Sequence record: PV467749.1
Length of the DNA: 64,000 nucleotides
Origin: a phage
Direction: 5' to 3' (one strand)
Within the stretch, counting starts at the first letter, position 1; the number at the start of each line of letters is the position of its first letter. Shown here piece after piece: positions 29,853-38,978 of this stretch. The position numbers and the translations under genes are program-made. Under the pieces are notes generated by a model. It was not told where the DNA came from. It saw nothing but the letters and a program-made list of their open reading frames with translations, and searched no databases.

Positions 29853-30038
29853 TTAGAACTTAAAGATGAGGTTCATGATAGATAAGTACTTAGTTTCAGG
29901 AAATTGATGTTCTATTGCATAACGTGTCTCCAGTCTGAAGTCAAATTTATAAAAGGGACTATTCATATCCATAGGTTCATTGGGAAATGAATCTCTGTAT
30001 TGTTTGTGCAGCTTACTACAGTAGAATTCTTTATACAT
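29853..30038 (-). CDS. family-2 small protein
   Basis: MYKEFYCSKL..YLSIMNLIFKF. Confidence 0.7.
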   Translation of the reverse strand: MYKEFYCSKLHKQYRDSFPNEPMDMNSPFYKFDFRLETRYAIEHQFPETKYLSIMNLIFKF

Positions 30039-30039
30039 A

Positions 30040-30252
30040 TTAGTGCTCGATTAAAAGGGTTAGGATGTAATAGTATTGCATACTTTCTACCCCTTGTACA
30101 GCATTTCTTATTTTATTATTCCTGTACGAGTTCAAGAGTTTAGGACAATGTTTGAAGTTTATATAATTATTTTGTGTATACAGTAGGCTTTCTCGTAGAC
30201 CTTTTGTTGGTAGTGCATCAATGTAGTACTGTTCAATGTTCATAGTGTTCAT
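30040..30252 (-). CDS. family-2 small protein
   Basis: MNTMNIEQYYIDAL..YYYILTLLIEH; ATGA overlap. Confidence 0.7.
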   Translation of the reverse strand: MNTMNIEQYYIDALPTKGLRESLLYTQNNYINFKHCPKLLNSYRNNKIRNAVQGVESMQYYYILTLLIEH

Positions 30253-30476
30253 AGAGCTACCAGTACTAAGATTTTTGATAATTGTTTATTGCTATCCCCG
30301 CAGATGTTGCTGTGTAAAATACTCACTACAAGGGTATCAAGTGCATTGTTCAGCATAAGGTTACATCCAGTACTGTTATGTGTTTTTAGCTCAATTAGCC
30401 ACGAACTATCCGCGAGAAACTTCGCGTACTCTAGTTCATTTAGAGTATTAATGTAGTACTTAAGTGTAGTTGTCAT
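30249..30476 (-). CDS. family-2 small protein, first gene of the array
   Basis: MTTTLKYYINTLNELE..LSKILVLVAL; SD AAGGAG. Confidence 0.65.
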   Translation of the reverse strand: MTTTLKYYINTLNELEYAKFLADSSWLIELKTHNSTGCNLMLNNALDTLVVSILHSNICGDSNKQLSKILVLVAL

Positions 30477-30485
30477 GTACAGTTC

Positions 30486-30512
30486 TCCTTATATTCCTTA
30501 TATTCCTTCTAT
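30486..30512 (-). repeat. 3 x 9-bp tandem repeat in the leader of the family-2 array
   Basis: Plus strand: TCCTTATAT TCCTTATAT TCCTTCTAT. Minus strand: ATAGAAGGA ATATAAGGA ATATAAGGA (SD-like AAGGA x3). Confidence 0.8.
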
Positions 30513-30539
30513 AGTACATCAGTACTGAAAGGTTGTCAA
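30511..30539 (-). promoter_or_regulatory. sigma70-type promoter for the family-2 array
   Basis: TTGACA-N17-TACTAT on the minus strand, in the divergent gap shared with the RCC1 array. Confidence 0.65.
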
Positions 30540-30565
30540 GGGTTTTCTTTTTGGGGTAAATATGA

Positions 30566-30587
30566 TATAATGAATAAAGGAGGAAAT
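30566..30587 (+). promoter_or_regulatory. RCC1-array leader (-10 TATAAT + SD), copy 1
   Basis: TATAATGAATAAAGGAGGAAAT then ATG; no recognisable -35. Confidence 0.45.
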
Positions 30588-31724
30588 ATGTTACCTTTTG
30601 CAAGAATGGTTAAGTACGGGAACGTAGCACCAGATAAACTAAAAATACGTGATATTGTTGCAGGTGCTAATTCATTATTACTAATAACCGAGGATAATGA
30701 ATTATGGGTGCGTGGTAATAATGCGTATGGCAAATTAGGTATAGGAACTGATACTATAGTGAATGTAACCGAGTGGACTAAAGTTAGAGATGATGTTAAG
30801 TTTGCTTGTGCTAGTAATTTAGTATGCGTTGTATTAACTGTAGATAATAAAATTTTCTACTGTGGTGATCAATGGTTTGAATCTGGTGGTTCGACAAGTT
30901 CTAAAGTTGTTACATGGAAAGATGTTACGACACAATTTAGTGCAGTGAATCTAAGCACAGTTCGTGAAATGAAAATAACTTATTATTGTGTAGGATTACT
31001 TACAAATGATAATAGATTATATGCTAAAGGATATGATAATAACCAATCATTTGGTGGTTCAACAAGCAAAGTTAATGCTGTATTAGTTGCGTCAAATGTT
31101 TCAAAATTCTACACTTCTCTATCTGGTACTATATATTCTAGTACTACTGGTGGTTACTACCGCTGTGGTATAAGCAATACTGGAGCATTGGGTACTAGCA
31201 CAAATTTAACTTCTTATAATTTGTACTCTGCTCCCGAATTTGCATCCGAATGTGCAGTTGGTATGTCAACATTAAACTCTGGTATATTATATTATGATAC
31301 TAATGGTATCACTAGATATGTTATAGCAGGTCAAAATAGAAATTATCAACTAGGTAATTCTTCTTCAAATACCACAAACGTATATTCGTATACAGAATTA
31401 ACCGGATATAGAGGCAGGTTTAGGGATTTGTGGAGTGATATGAATAACTCTGTTCTTTCTTTTGCTATAAGCACAGATGGCAATACTTTATATTATGCTG
31501 GTACTAACAATACACTATCTTCTGGTGATCCTGGTGTTGAATATTCATCTGCATTTAAAGAAGTACCACACGGGTTTAATGATATAACAAAGGTGGTATC
31601 GTTAGCCTATCTATCTATAGTGCAAGATTCAACTGGATGGTATTATTCTGGAAATGCAACTACGTTATATGGTTTGCCATCGAGTGATGAATTTATACCA
31701 TTACCATTACCAACAATAATTTAA
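30588..31724 (+). CDS. RCC1-like seven-bladed beta-propeller protein, array copy 1
   Basis: Start at MLPFARMVKYGN (the track adds MNKGGN = translated SD). Blades e.g. LWVRGNNAYGKLGIG; close to copy 5. Confidence 0.85.
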   Translation: MLPFARMVKYGNVAPDKLKIRDIVAGANSLLLITEDNELWVRGNNAYGKLGIGTDTIVNVTEWTKVRDDVKFACASNLVCVVLTVDNKIFYCGDQWFESGGSTSSKVVTWKDVTTQFSAVNLSTVREMKITYYCVGLLTNDNRLYAKGYDNNQSFGGSTSKVNAVLVASNVSKFYTSLSGTIYSSTTGGYYRCGISNTGALGTSTNLTSYNLYSAPEFASECAVGMSTLNSGILYYDTNGITRYVIAGQNRNYQLGNSSSNTTNVYSYTELTGYRGRFRDLWSDMNNSVLSFAISTDGNTLYYAGTNNTLSSGDPGVEYSSAFKEVPHGFNDITKVVSLAYLSIVQDSTGWYYSGNATTLYGLPSSDEFIPLPLPTII

Positions 31725-31730
31725 ATACAG

Positions 31731-31757
31731 GCCAGTACTTGATACTGGCTTTTTTTG
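31731..31757 (+). terminator. rho-independent terminator
   Basis: GCCAGTActtgaTACTGGC + TTTTTTT. Confidence 0.8.
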
Positions 31758-31768
31758 ATTAAATATAG

Positions 31769-31790
31769 TATAATGAATAAGGGAGGGAAT
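31769..31790 (+). promoter_or_regulatory. RCC1-array leader cassette (-10 + SD), copy 2
   Basis: TTGATTAAATATAGTATAATGAATAAGGGAGGGAAT then ATG. Confidence 0.45.
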
Positions 31791-32939
31791 ATGTTACCTT
31801 TTGTAAGAATGTTTGATTATGGAAATGAAGCTCCTACCAACTCTGGTCGTTATAAAATATATTCCAGTGATTCTATGTATCTTCATGATACTTATACTGA
31901 CAAGTTGTATGCATCTTCTGCGACGAATTGGGGTACTGGTACAGGTGTAGCATCGAGTAAATTTATTCTTTGTGCGGAGAATGTTAAACGAGTTCTATTG
32001 GAAGATAACAGTAGTGATTGTCAATTGTATGAAGAGAAAGGTACTGGAAAAGTTTTTATCACTGGTAACACGAAGGCATTCACTGGTGTAACTGATAGAA
32101 AAACTTTGTGGACGGACTGTACTACGTGGATAACATCAAGTGGTATTAATGTTTCTGATATAAAATACATGAGTAGTTTTTATGATATGAAGGTGAATTT
32201 GATAACAAACGATGGTACATTGTATTGTTGTGGAGCTAACAATATATCGAACATATCATCATTTGGTGATGGCACAAACATTAATTCTTTTAACACATTC
32301 AAAAGAGTAGATACTATAACTTCGGTTAAAAAGGCTGTTGGTAACATTTATTTGCGAGAAGATAATACTTTATGGGGTTGTGGTTTTAACTATTACTACC
32401 AGTTGGGCACGGGTAATCAAACTTCTATTACTGGGGTGACGATGATTTCTTCGGATGTTATAGATTTTAATGTAAGTTATCAGAGTACATTTTTTATCAA
32501 ATCGGATAATAATTTGTACGCTTGTGGTAAACAGTTCGGTGCACAATATGGGAACGAATTTGGTACAGGTGGTACTTCCTCTTCTACTGATATACAATAT
32601 AAAACTCCGACATTATTGAGTTCAGGAGTTTATACTCTATATACTTGTGTTGGTAACATGGCATCACATATTGTCAAAGCAGATGAAGTTCTATATGCTT
32701 CTGGATCGAATAGGTTTGGGCAATTAGGTGTTGGTAATAATAATAATCAGTACTCCTATACTCCTTCATATACTTCGTTTAATACTTCGTGTAATTTGGT
32801 ACGCACTCCATCTGGTTCACTTATACTTACTGACACTTCGAAGTTATATTATTCGGGTGCTTCATTTGTAGTAATGGGTGGTGGTGCTGGACAGAACGTT
32901 CTTAATTATACCGAAGTCGATATGTCATTTGTGCAGTAA
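31791..32939 (+). CDS. RCC1-like beta-propeller protein, copy 2
   Basis: MLPFVRMFDYGN; LWGCGFNYYYQLGTG, LYASGSNRFGQLGVG. Confidence 0.85.
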   Translation: MLPFVRMFDYGNEAPTNSGRYKIYSSDSMYLHDTYTDKLYASSATNWGTGTGVASSKFILCAENVKRVLLEDNSSDCQLYEEKGTGKVFITGNTKAFTGVTDRKTLWTDCTTWITSSGINVSDIKYMSSFYDMKVNLITNDGTLYCCGANNISNISSFGDGTNINSFNTFKRVDTITSVKKAVGNIYLREDNTLWGCGFNYYYQLGTGNQTSITGVTMISSDVIDFNVSYQSTFFIKSDNNLYACGKQFGAQYGNEFGTGGTSSSTDIQYKTPTLLSSGVYTLYTCVGNMASHIVKADEVLYASGSNRFGQLGVGNNNNQYSYTPSYTSFNTSCNLVRTPSGSLILTDTSKLYYSGASFVVMGGGAGQNVLNYTEVDMSFVQ

Positions 32940-32947
32940 ATTAATAT

Positions 32948-32977
32948 GCCAGTACTTGAGTACTGGCTTTTCTTTTT
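32948..32977 (+). terminator. rho-independent terminator
   Basis: GCCAGTACTtgAGTACTGGC + TTTTCTTTTT. Confidence 0.8.
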
Positions 32978-32990
32978 GTATTAAATATAG

Positions 32991-33012
32991 TATAATGAAT
33001 AAGGGAGGAAAT
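32991..33012 (+). promoter_or_regulatory. RCC1-array leader cassette, copy 3
   Basis: TATAATGAATAAGGGAGGAAAT then ATG. Confidence 0.45.
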
Positions 33013-34122
33013 ATGTTACCTTTTGTAAGAATGGTTAAGTACGGGAATATTGCACCAGTACCGAAAAAAATAAAGAAAGTTATAGCAGGATATGATAATT
33101 TATATGTACTATATGGTGATGGTTCGCTATATGGTTGTGGAATCAATAACTATCAACAGTTAAATATTGATGGAACTGCTACACAAAATAATTGGGTACT
33201 AATTACCAATGGTGTTAGTAATGCATGGGCTGGTGGATACAATATTTTATATTTGAAAGAAGATAAATTTATAATGCACGGAACTAATGTCTCATTAGGT
33301 TTAGGAAATACTACAATTCCATTAGGTGGAGTAGATGTAACTTCTTCATTCCCAGATATCTCTAATATTAAAATGATATCCATTGGTTTTGATTCAATGC
33401 ACTATGTTAGTGCTGATGGTACAACTGTATATGGAAGAGGTATGAACACAAATGGTTCTGTTGGTTCAGGTAGTACTTACTCACAGAGTACTTTCACTTC
33501 AGTACTGAATAATGGAACTAATCAGGTTATTGATATATTTGGTAACGTTAATAATACAGTGCTTCTAACATCGAATGGTGAGCTTCGAGCATGTGGGACA
33601 AGTGCTTATGGTTCTATAGGAAATGAAACTGGTAAGTGGACATCGTTTGGTTTAAAATTATCTGGCACTAAAATAATGGGTGGTAATGGGTATAGTACGC
33701 TTGCATATACAAATTCGGGAATGTACCACTCAGGGTGGCAGTTAAATGGGGAACTAGGAAATGGTTTAAATACTAACGTACAGGTATATCCATTTCAATT
33801 TAACTCTAAAACGATAGATAGCAAGATAGATAAAATTGCCAAATCATCATCTGGGTCATATGTTAACATGTACTCAACAACAGAAGGAAAGATATATACG
33901 ACAGGTTCGTTTGGTAAAAACGGGTCAACTACTGCATTGAATTTGTTCACCAATACATTAACACTTATAAATTACAATCCAGATACCGCCTCGTTGTATA
34001 CGTGCACAAACTTCAGTGTTGTGTATGATGGTAATGAAACTATTGCTGTAAGTGGTAGTCCTACATATGTACCAGGGGGCGTTGCCGCTAATAGATGGAC
34101 TACAATTCCATTACCCAAGTAA
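33013..34122 (+). CDS. RCC1-like beta-propeller protein, copy 3
   Basis: MLPFVRMVKYGNIAP; LYGCGINNYQQL, VYGRGMNTNGSVGSG, MYHSGWQLNGELGNG. Confidence 0.85.
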   Translation: MLPFVRMVKYGNIAPVPKKIKKVIAGYDNLYVLYGDGSLYGCGINNYQQLNIDGTATQNNWVLITNGVSNAWAGGYNILYLKEDKFIMHGTNVSLGLGNTTIPLGGVDVTSSFPDISNIKMISIGFDSMHYVSADGTTVYGRGMNTNGSVGSGSTYSQSTFTSVLNNGTNQVIDIFGNVNNTVLLTSNGELRACGTSAYGSIGNETGKWTSFGLKLSGTKIMGGNGYSTLAYTNSGMYHSGWQLNGELGNGLNTNVQVYPFQFNSKTIDSKIDKIAKSSSGSYVNMYSTTEGKIYTTGSFGKNGSTTALNLFTNTLTLINYNPDTASLYTCTNFSVVYDGNETIAVSGSPTYVPGGVAANRWTTIPLPK

Positions 34123-34128
34123 TACTAT

Positions 34129-34155
34129 GCCAGTACTTGATACTGGCTTTTTTTT
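34129..34155 (+). terminator. rho-independent terminator
   Basis: GCCAGTActtgaTACTGGC + T8. Confidence 0.8.
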
Positions 34156-34167
34156 GATTAAATATAG

Positions 34168-34190
34168 TATAATGAATAAAGGAGGGAATT
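34168..34190 (+). promoter_or_regulatory. RCC1-array leader cassette, copy 4
   Basis: TATAATGAATAAAGGAGGGAATT then ATG. Confidence 0.45.
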
Positions 34191-35318
34191 ATGTTACCTT
34201 TTGTTAGAATGTTTGATTATGGGAATATAATCGAAGTTAATAATATAAAGAAAAGTGTTGTTAGTTACACTCTTGAAATGTTTCTAATGCAAGATGGCAC
34301 TGTATATGCACACGGTGAAGATTCAAACTATAATGCGGGTTTAAGTACACAGTTTGTATCGTTAGGAGCAGTTCAACAAATCACAACTGAAGTTGATGAC
34401 TTATGGTTAGGATCGTTTTCCGTTGTTATTAAAGGTGATAAAATATATGGTTCAGGTTCAACATATGCATTCACGAATTCTAATACTTTCCAACAAGGAT
34501 ATACTGACTGGGCTGTGTATTTCACTGGTATAGATGTTACCCAAATTAAAAAAATGTTATGTGGTTATACAGCATTTATATTAATGAAAGACGGAACACT
34601 TTATGGAAGAGGATGGAATCGAAGTGGTGCATTAGGTTTAGGACATAAAAATTATGTTTCAGCGTGGACTGTACTTGACACTAATGTGGATAATATATTT
34701 GGCGGTTACCTTGGCGATACATTGTTTAAGATTAAAAACGATGGAACTGTATATGGTTCAGGTTCAAATAACAGCTTTCAAGTTAAAGCAACATCGGGTG
34801 ATGCAACCACATTTGTTCCATTGTTTGATGATATATCTTATGATATAAAATGCAGTTTTGTTTCTGGTGTTGGTTTTGTAATGATAACATCTGATAATAA
34901 AATATATACAACTGGAACTACTTTTGCTGGTAGTGGTGCACATAGTAAAGTTTTTGATGTTGGTTTTACTATAGGTGATATGAGTAATATATATCATCCT
35001 GATTCGTTGGACTATTCGACTAGTGTTGTATTTTTAATTAATGCAGATACAAACAAACTAATAGCAACTGGGCATACCCCATTTACGGGAAGTAGTTCAA
35101 GTTCCCTTCCATATTTTACAGCATTTCAAGAATTCAATTTTACATCGTTCAATTCGAATACACGATATAGTGGGTCTTTATACTGGAATACATTTTACGA
35201 AGGTAATAATGTATGGATGAATGGATATAATCCTGAAAATACGGGTGGAAAGAATTTCTCATTGTGTTCAATACCGTTAGATACTATTATTACTAAGCAA
35301 ATTGATTTACCTTTTTGA
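34191..35318 (+). CDS. RCC1-like beta-propeller protein, copy 4
   Basis: MLPFVRMFDYGN; LYGRGWNRSGALGLG, VYGSGSNNSFQV. Confidence 0.85.
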   Translation: MLPFVRMFDYGNIIEVNNIKKSVVSYTLEMFLMQDGTVYAHGEDSNYNAGLSTQFVSLGAVQQITTEVDDLWLGSFSVVIKGDKIYGSGSTYAFTNSNTFQQGYTDWAVYFTGIDVTQIKKMLCGYTAFILMKDGTLYGRGWNRSGALGLGHKNYVSAWTVLDTNVDNIFGGYLGDTLFKIKNDGTVYGSGSNNSFQVKATSGDATTFVPLFDDISYDIKCSFVSGVGFVMITSDNKIYTTGTTFAGSGAHSKVFDVGFTIGDMSNIYHPDSLDYSTSVVFLINADTNKLIATGHTPFTGSSSSSLPYFTAFQEFNFTSFNSNTRYSGSLYWNTFYEGNNVWMNGYNPENTGGKNFSLCSIPLDTIITKQIDLPF

Positions 35319-35325
35319 ATACTAT

Positions 35326-35353
35326 GCCAGTACTTGATACTGGCTTTTTTTTT
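35326..35353 (+). terminator. rho-independent terminator
   Basis: GCCAGTActtgaTACTGGC + T9. Confidence 0.8.
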
Positions 35354-35365
35354 GATTAAATATAG

Positions 35366-35388
35366 TATAATGAATAAAGGAGGGAATT
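35366..35388 (+). promoter_or_regulatory. RCC1-array leader cassette, copy 5
   Basis: Identical cassette sequence. Confidence 0.45.
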
Positions 35389-36510
35389 ATGTTACCTTTT
35401 GTTAGAATGTTTGATTATGGAAATGAAGTACCTGATCCTAGTTCGGGATTTCGAATAATAAGTACAGGAGACGCATTACTATTAATTACTAAGAGTGGTG
35501 ATTTGTGGGTGCGTGGTTATAACCGTTATGGTAAGTTAGGTATAGGTAATAACACCACTACCTATGTACTTGATTGGACGAAGGTTAGAAGTGATGTAAA
35601 GTTTGCGTGTGGTAGTGGATTGGTAACAGTTATCTTTACTAAGGATAATCGCATATTGTACTGTGGTGACAAATGGTTTGAAACGGGTGGTGTTGGTAGT
35701 GCACAGATTTTCACATGGACAGATGTTACGCATCAATTTGGGGTAGTAGATTTGAGTACTGTAAGGGATATGAAAATATCTTATTACGCGATTGGGTTAG
35801 TTACTACTAATAATCAATTATACGCTAAGGGATTTGATAATAACCTATCATTTGGTGGGGTTACTAATAAGGCGACTGCTGTGTTTATTGCGAATAATGT
35901 ACAAGAGTTGTATACGAGTTTAGTTAGTACTATCTACGTTGATACAAGTGGTATATTACATCGTTGTGGCATGAGTGATAACGGTTCGTTGGGTAATAAT
36001 GGTAGTTTAACTTCGTATCTAAGTTATTCACAGACTGGTATGACGATTAAGGACATTGGAATGATGACTACGAACACTGGGTTATTATATACTGATTCTA
36101 GTGCACGCACGAGATATTTTATTGCTGGACAGAACTTGAATAAACAGATGGGTAATGCGGCGGGTGCGAGTGCCATTACGAGTACTTACACAGAGCTTTC
36201 TGGTAGTGTTGATAAGTTTTCTTCTTTATGGGAGAATGATGGGATATTGATGACATTTGCTGTGGGTAAGAACACTAATCAGTTATTTTATGCTGGGATG
36301 AATACTTTTCATGCGAGTGGTGGTGAATCTTCATATGCGGATACATATGAGTTAGTCCCGATGGTGTTTAATGACATACAGGAAGTGTTATGTGCACAGC
36401 GTTTATCGGTGGTACATGATTCTACGAAGTGGTATTACTGTGGTGATGCTAATTCAATGTATGGTTTACCGGACGTAAGTACTTTTACTGAGTTACCGTT
36501 GCCCTTTTAA
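35389..36510 (+). CDS. RCC1-like beta-propeller protein, copy 5
   Basis: MLPFVRMFDYGN; LWVRGYNRYGKLGIG; close paralog of copy 1. Confidence 0.85.
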   Translation: MLPFVRMFDYGNEVPDPSSGFRIISTGDALLLITKSGDLWVRGYNRYGKLGIGNNTTTYVLDWTKVRSDVKFACGSGLVTVIFTKDNRILYCGDKWFETGGVGSAQIFTWTDVTHQFGVVDLSTVRDMKISYYAIGLVTTNNQLYAKGFDNNLSFGGVTNKATAVFIANNVQELYTSLVSTIYVDTSGILHRCGMSDNGSLGNNGSLTSYLSYSQTGMTIKDIGMMTTNTGLLYTDSSARTRYFIAGQNLNKQMGNAAGASAITSTYTELSGSVDKFSSLWENDGILMTFAVGKNTNQLFYAGMNTFHASGGESSYADTYELVPMVFNDIQEVLCAQRLSVVHDSTKWYYCGDANSMYGLPDVSTFTELPLPF

Positions 36511-36516
36511 TAATAG

Positions 36517-36546
36517 GTCAGTACTCAAGTACTGGCTTTTCTTTTT
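36517..36546 (+). terminator. rho-independent terminator
   Basis: GTCAGTACTcaAGTACTGGC + TTTTCTTTTT. Confidence 0.75.
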
Positions 36547-36558
36547 GATTAAATATAG

Positions 36559-36581
36559 TATAATGAATAAAGGAGGGAATT
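36559..36581 (+). promoter_or_regulatory. RCC1-array leader cassette, copy 6
   Basis: Identical cassette sequence. Confidence 0.45.
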
Positions 36582-37763
36582 ATGTTACCTTTTGTTAGAA
36601 TGTTTGATTATGGGAACGTCGTTGAGCCACCTGTGGGTACACGTTATACCTGTAGTGACTATAGTGCGACTTATAGTTTAATAAAGGATGGTGTGTTATA
36701 TGTATCTGGGATGAATAACTATTATCAGTTAGGTAATAACACTAACGTAACACGTTACAACGAGTGGTTAAAAGTTCCAGAGACTGATAGTGTTAAGTTT
36801 TGTAGTACTGGTTATAGTCAGACAATGTATCTGACTAACAATGGTAGGATAATGATAGCAGGTGAAGATCCTACTTCCAGTGCGACTTCGGTAAGTGTAA
36901 AGGTTTGGACGGATATAACTTCTAGATTTCGTGCAGTTGATACTAAAAAGATTGTTTATATTTCAATAGAACGCTTTGGTGTAATGATGATCATGGAAGA
37001 TGGTTCAGTATGGGCGTGTGGTGTTGATAATACTGGTTGGAGTGGACAAGGGAGTAAGACTGTTGGTTTCTTTACTTTCAGACAAATATACACCGGAAGT
37101 GCAGGAAGTGCAGTTGCTTGTACTGCTGGTACTGGTACTGCGAGAATTCTGTTAGCTAATGGAACAATCTTGTCCTCTGGTACTAATACATATCATCAAT
37201 GTAATGCTAGTACTAATCCGGCTGTTCTAACATTCACTGAATCATTCCCTGGGGTTGATCCTTCATTGATATATCAAATCAAGATGTGTAATAACAACTG
37301 TATTATATTTTTGAGTGATAAGAGATATTACGGTACTGGCTGGGGAAGTTTTGGTGCATTGGGTGATGGTGATATTACGGGTTCGAATAATAAATTCTAT
37401 GCAGGTACATTGTCAGTTGCTCCTAAAAACATGCGTGCTTATATGTCGTATCTATGTAGTTCTTCTGGGGATTCTAGTATGTACATAGGCGATGATAATT
37501 TCATATACACCTGCGGTTATCGTGGGAGGAACTTAATAAATGCCACTACAGATATTGGTACGTTCACGAAATGCATTCAAAGTGCACAAGGATACAAGAA
37601 TGGACTTATATATAGTGGGAATTATTGTGCTGTAGTTTTTGATCCAGATTTGGGTTCAGGAATGTCATATGCGGTTTCATCACCAAAATTGAATTCTCCA
37701 GCACCACAGGCTAGTGTTCCAGCATTGGGTATGAGTTCGTTACAATCTATCATTTTACCATAA
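36582..37763 (+). CDS. RCC1-like beta-propeller protein, copy 6
   Basis: MLPFVRMFDYGN; LYVSGMNNYYQLGNN, YYGTGWGSFGALGDG. Confidence 0.85.
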   Translation: MLPFVRMFDYGNVVEPPVGTRYTCSDYSATYSLIKDGVLYVSGMNNYYQLGNNTNVTRYNEWLKVPETDSVKFCSTGYSQTMYLTNNGRIMIAGEDPTSSATSVSVKVWTDITSRFRAVDTKKIVYISIERFGVMMIMEDGSVWACGVDNTGWSGQGSKTVGFFTFRQIYTGSAGSAVACTAGTGTARILLANGTILSSGTNTYHQCNASTNPAVLTFTESFPGVDPSLIYQIKMCNNNCIIFLSDKRYYGTGWGSFGALGDGDITGSNNKFYAGTLSVAPKNMRAYMSYLCSSSGDSSMYIGDDNFIYTCGYRGRNLINATTDIGTFTKCIQSAQGYKNGLIYSGNYCAVVFDPDLGSGMSYAVSSPKLNSPAPQASVPALGMSSLQSIILP

Positions 37764-37766
37764 ATG

Positions 37767-37802
37767 ATACCAGTACTGAAATACGTACTGGTATTTTTTT
37801 GT
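37767..37802 (+). terminator. rho-independent terminator
   Basis: ATACCAGTACtgaaatacGTACTGGTAT + T8. Confidence 0.8.
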
Positions 37803-37810
37803 AAATACAT

Positions 37811-37837
37811 TATAATTATTATATGGAGATTTTAGTT
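37811..37837 (+). promoter_or_regulatory. variant leader (-10 + SD), copy 7
   Basis: TATAATTATTATATGGAGATTTTAGTT then ATG. Confidence 0.4.
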
Positions 37838-38968
37838 ATGTTACCTTTTGTTAGAATGTTTGATTATGGGAATACAGTGGCTGCTCCCACTGGTATAAAG
37901 GATTTCCAAGCAAATGGAAGCCACTGTATGGCACTAACATATAGTGGTGAGATGTGGGCTTATGGTACAAGTACAAGTGGATCAATGGGAACCGGATTCA
38001 CGGTGGGTGCTGCTGATAAGGGTTGGTACAAGTCTAACATTAGTAATGTTAAATCATTCAGTTCTAATATGCAGACTAGCACAGTGGCTTTGACAAATGA
38101 TGATAGAGTGCTAGTTTGTGGCTCAACTAGATTTGACAAATTCAGTACTCCAGATATTGCATCATCTAACCTTGATTGGTTGGATGTTACTGATCATATT
38201 CCACAGGAAGTTATTGATGCTGGGATGAAGCAAGTTATTAACCACGCATATTATGTTGCCATTTTTACTGAAAACAATCTATTATATAGTGTGGCATTAT
38301 CTTTGGGTAATACTAGTACTATAATAGATAGAACATGGCGAAGAAATACATTTGGTGATATACAAGTTGAACGTGTTGTTTCGTTGACACAAACCCCAAG
38401 TGGTCCTTTGTGTATAGTTCAAGATGCTGCCGGATACCAGTATGGTATTGGATATAATGGTAATAAGATTATTGATAATACTTCCACTAATTCATATTCT
38501 GTATATACCAAAATGGGTACACTTCCTTACAATGAATTTGCCATATCGAATAGCGGGAAATTCAGTTCAGCGGTATTATCAGATGGGAGAAGTGTTTATA
38601 GTGGTACATTTCCAAAGTCATTCAATGATAGTTTTGGTTCATTTTTGAAAGTTGGTGCGGTATCAAATACTGTGTTTGGTTTAGATGCAAAAAATATGCG
38701 TGGTCAATATGGTCAAAATCAATTACCAATTGCGTCGGCTGATAACAATGCAAGTAATGGCGTTGTGAGCCTTCGTAATGTTCCAGCGGGAACACAAACG
38801 AAAGACATTCGATTTATATGCGGAAATGATGTAAAGAACGTTTATATCATATACACAAATGAAGACGGCATTAGTTCATTTTATGGATTGGGACCAAACT
38901 TTGATCAAAATTCCTCAGCATATGCACAATTCGTCAAAGTGGATTTGCCAGGGGCATTACTAAATTAA
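37838..38968 (+). CDS. RCC1-like beta-propeller protein, copy 7
   Basis: Start at MLPFVRMFDYGN (the track adds MEILV); more diverged blades (MWAYGTSTSGSMGTG). Confidence 0.8.
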   Translation: MLPFVRMFDYGNTVAAPTGIKDFQANGSHCMALTYSGEMWAYGTSTSGSMGTGFTVGAADKGWYKSNISNVKSFSSNMQTSTVALTNDDRVLVCGSTRFDKFSTPDIASSNLDWLDVTDHIPQEVIDAGMKQVINHAYYVAIFTENNLLYSVALSLGNTSTIIDRTWRRNTFGDIQVERVVSLTQTPSGPLCIVQDAAGYQYGIGYNGNKIIDNTSTNSYSVYTKMGTLPYNEFAISNSGKFSSAVLSDGRSVYSGTFPKSFNDSFGSFLKVGAVSNTVFGLDAKNMRGQYGQNQLPIASADNNASNGVVSLRNVPAGTQTKDIRFICGNDVKNVYIIYTNEDGISSFYGLGPNFDQNSSAYAQFVKVDLPGALLN

Positions 38969-38978
38969 GGAGAGAAAT

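Larger units (their letters stand above)
25876..30476 (-). repeat. tandem gene array, family 2 (20 small paralogs + one embedded 219-aa gene)
   Basis: Head-to-tail 57-75-aa ORFs with N-terminal (K)E(F/Y)Y..(K/H)L and C-terminal Y..(V/L)L.LI; single promoter at 30511-30539. Confidence 0.8.

Noticed and set aside
30570-30587. MNKGGN / MIKYSIMNKGGN-type N-terminal extensions of several propeller ORFs (also copies 2, 3, 13 and 15)
   Set aside because: These residues are the translated -10/SD cassette (ATGAATAAAGGAGG). They are in frame in only some copies, have no SD of their own, and family conservation starts exactly at MLPF.
31755-31790. Interpreting the propeller-array cassette as a T4-type late promoter (TATAAATA) or a MotA-box middle promoter
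   Set aside because: The sequence is TAAATATAGTATAATG, which has no TATAAATA. TGGCTT upstream sits at the wrong distance for a Mot box. The promoter class is therefore left open.
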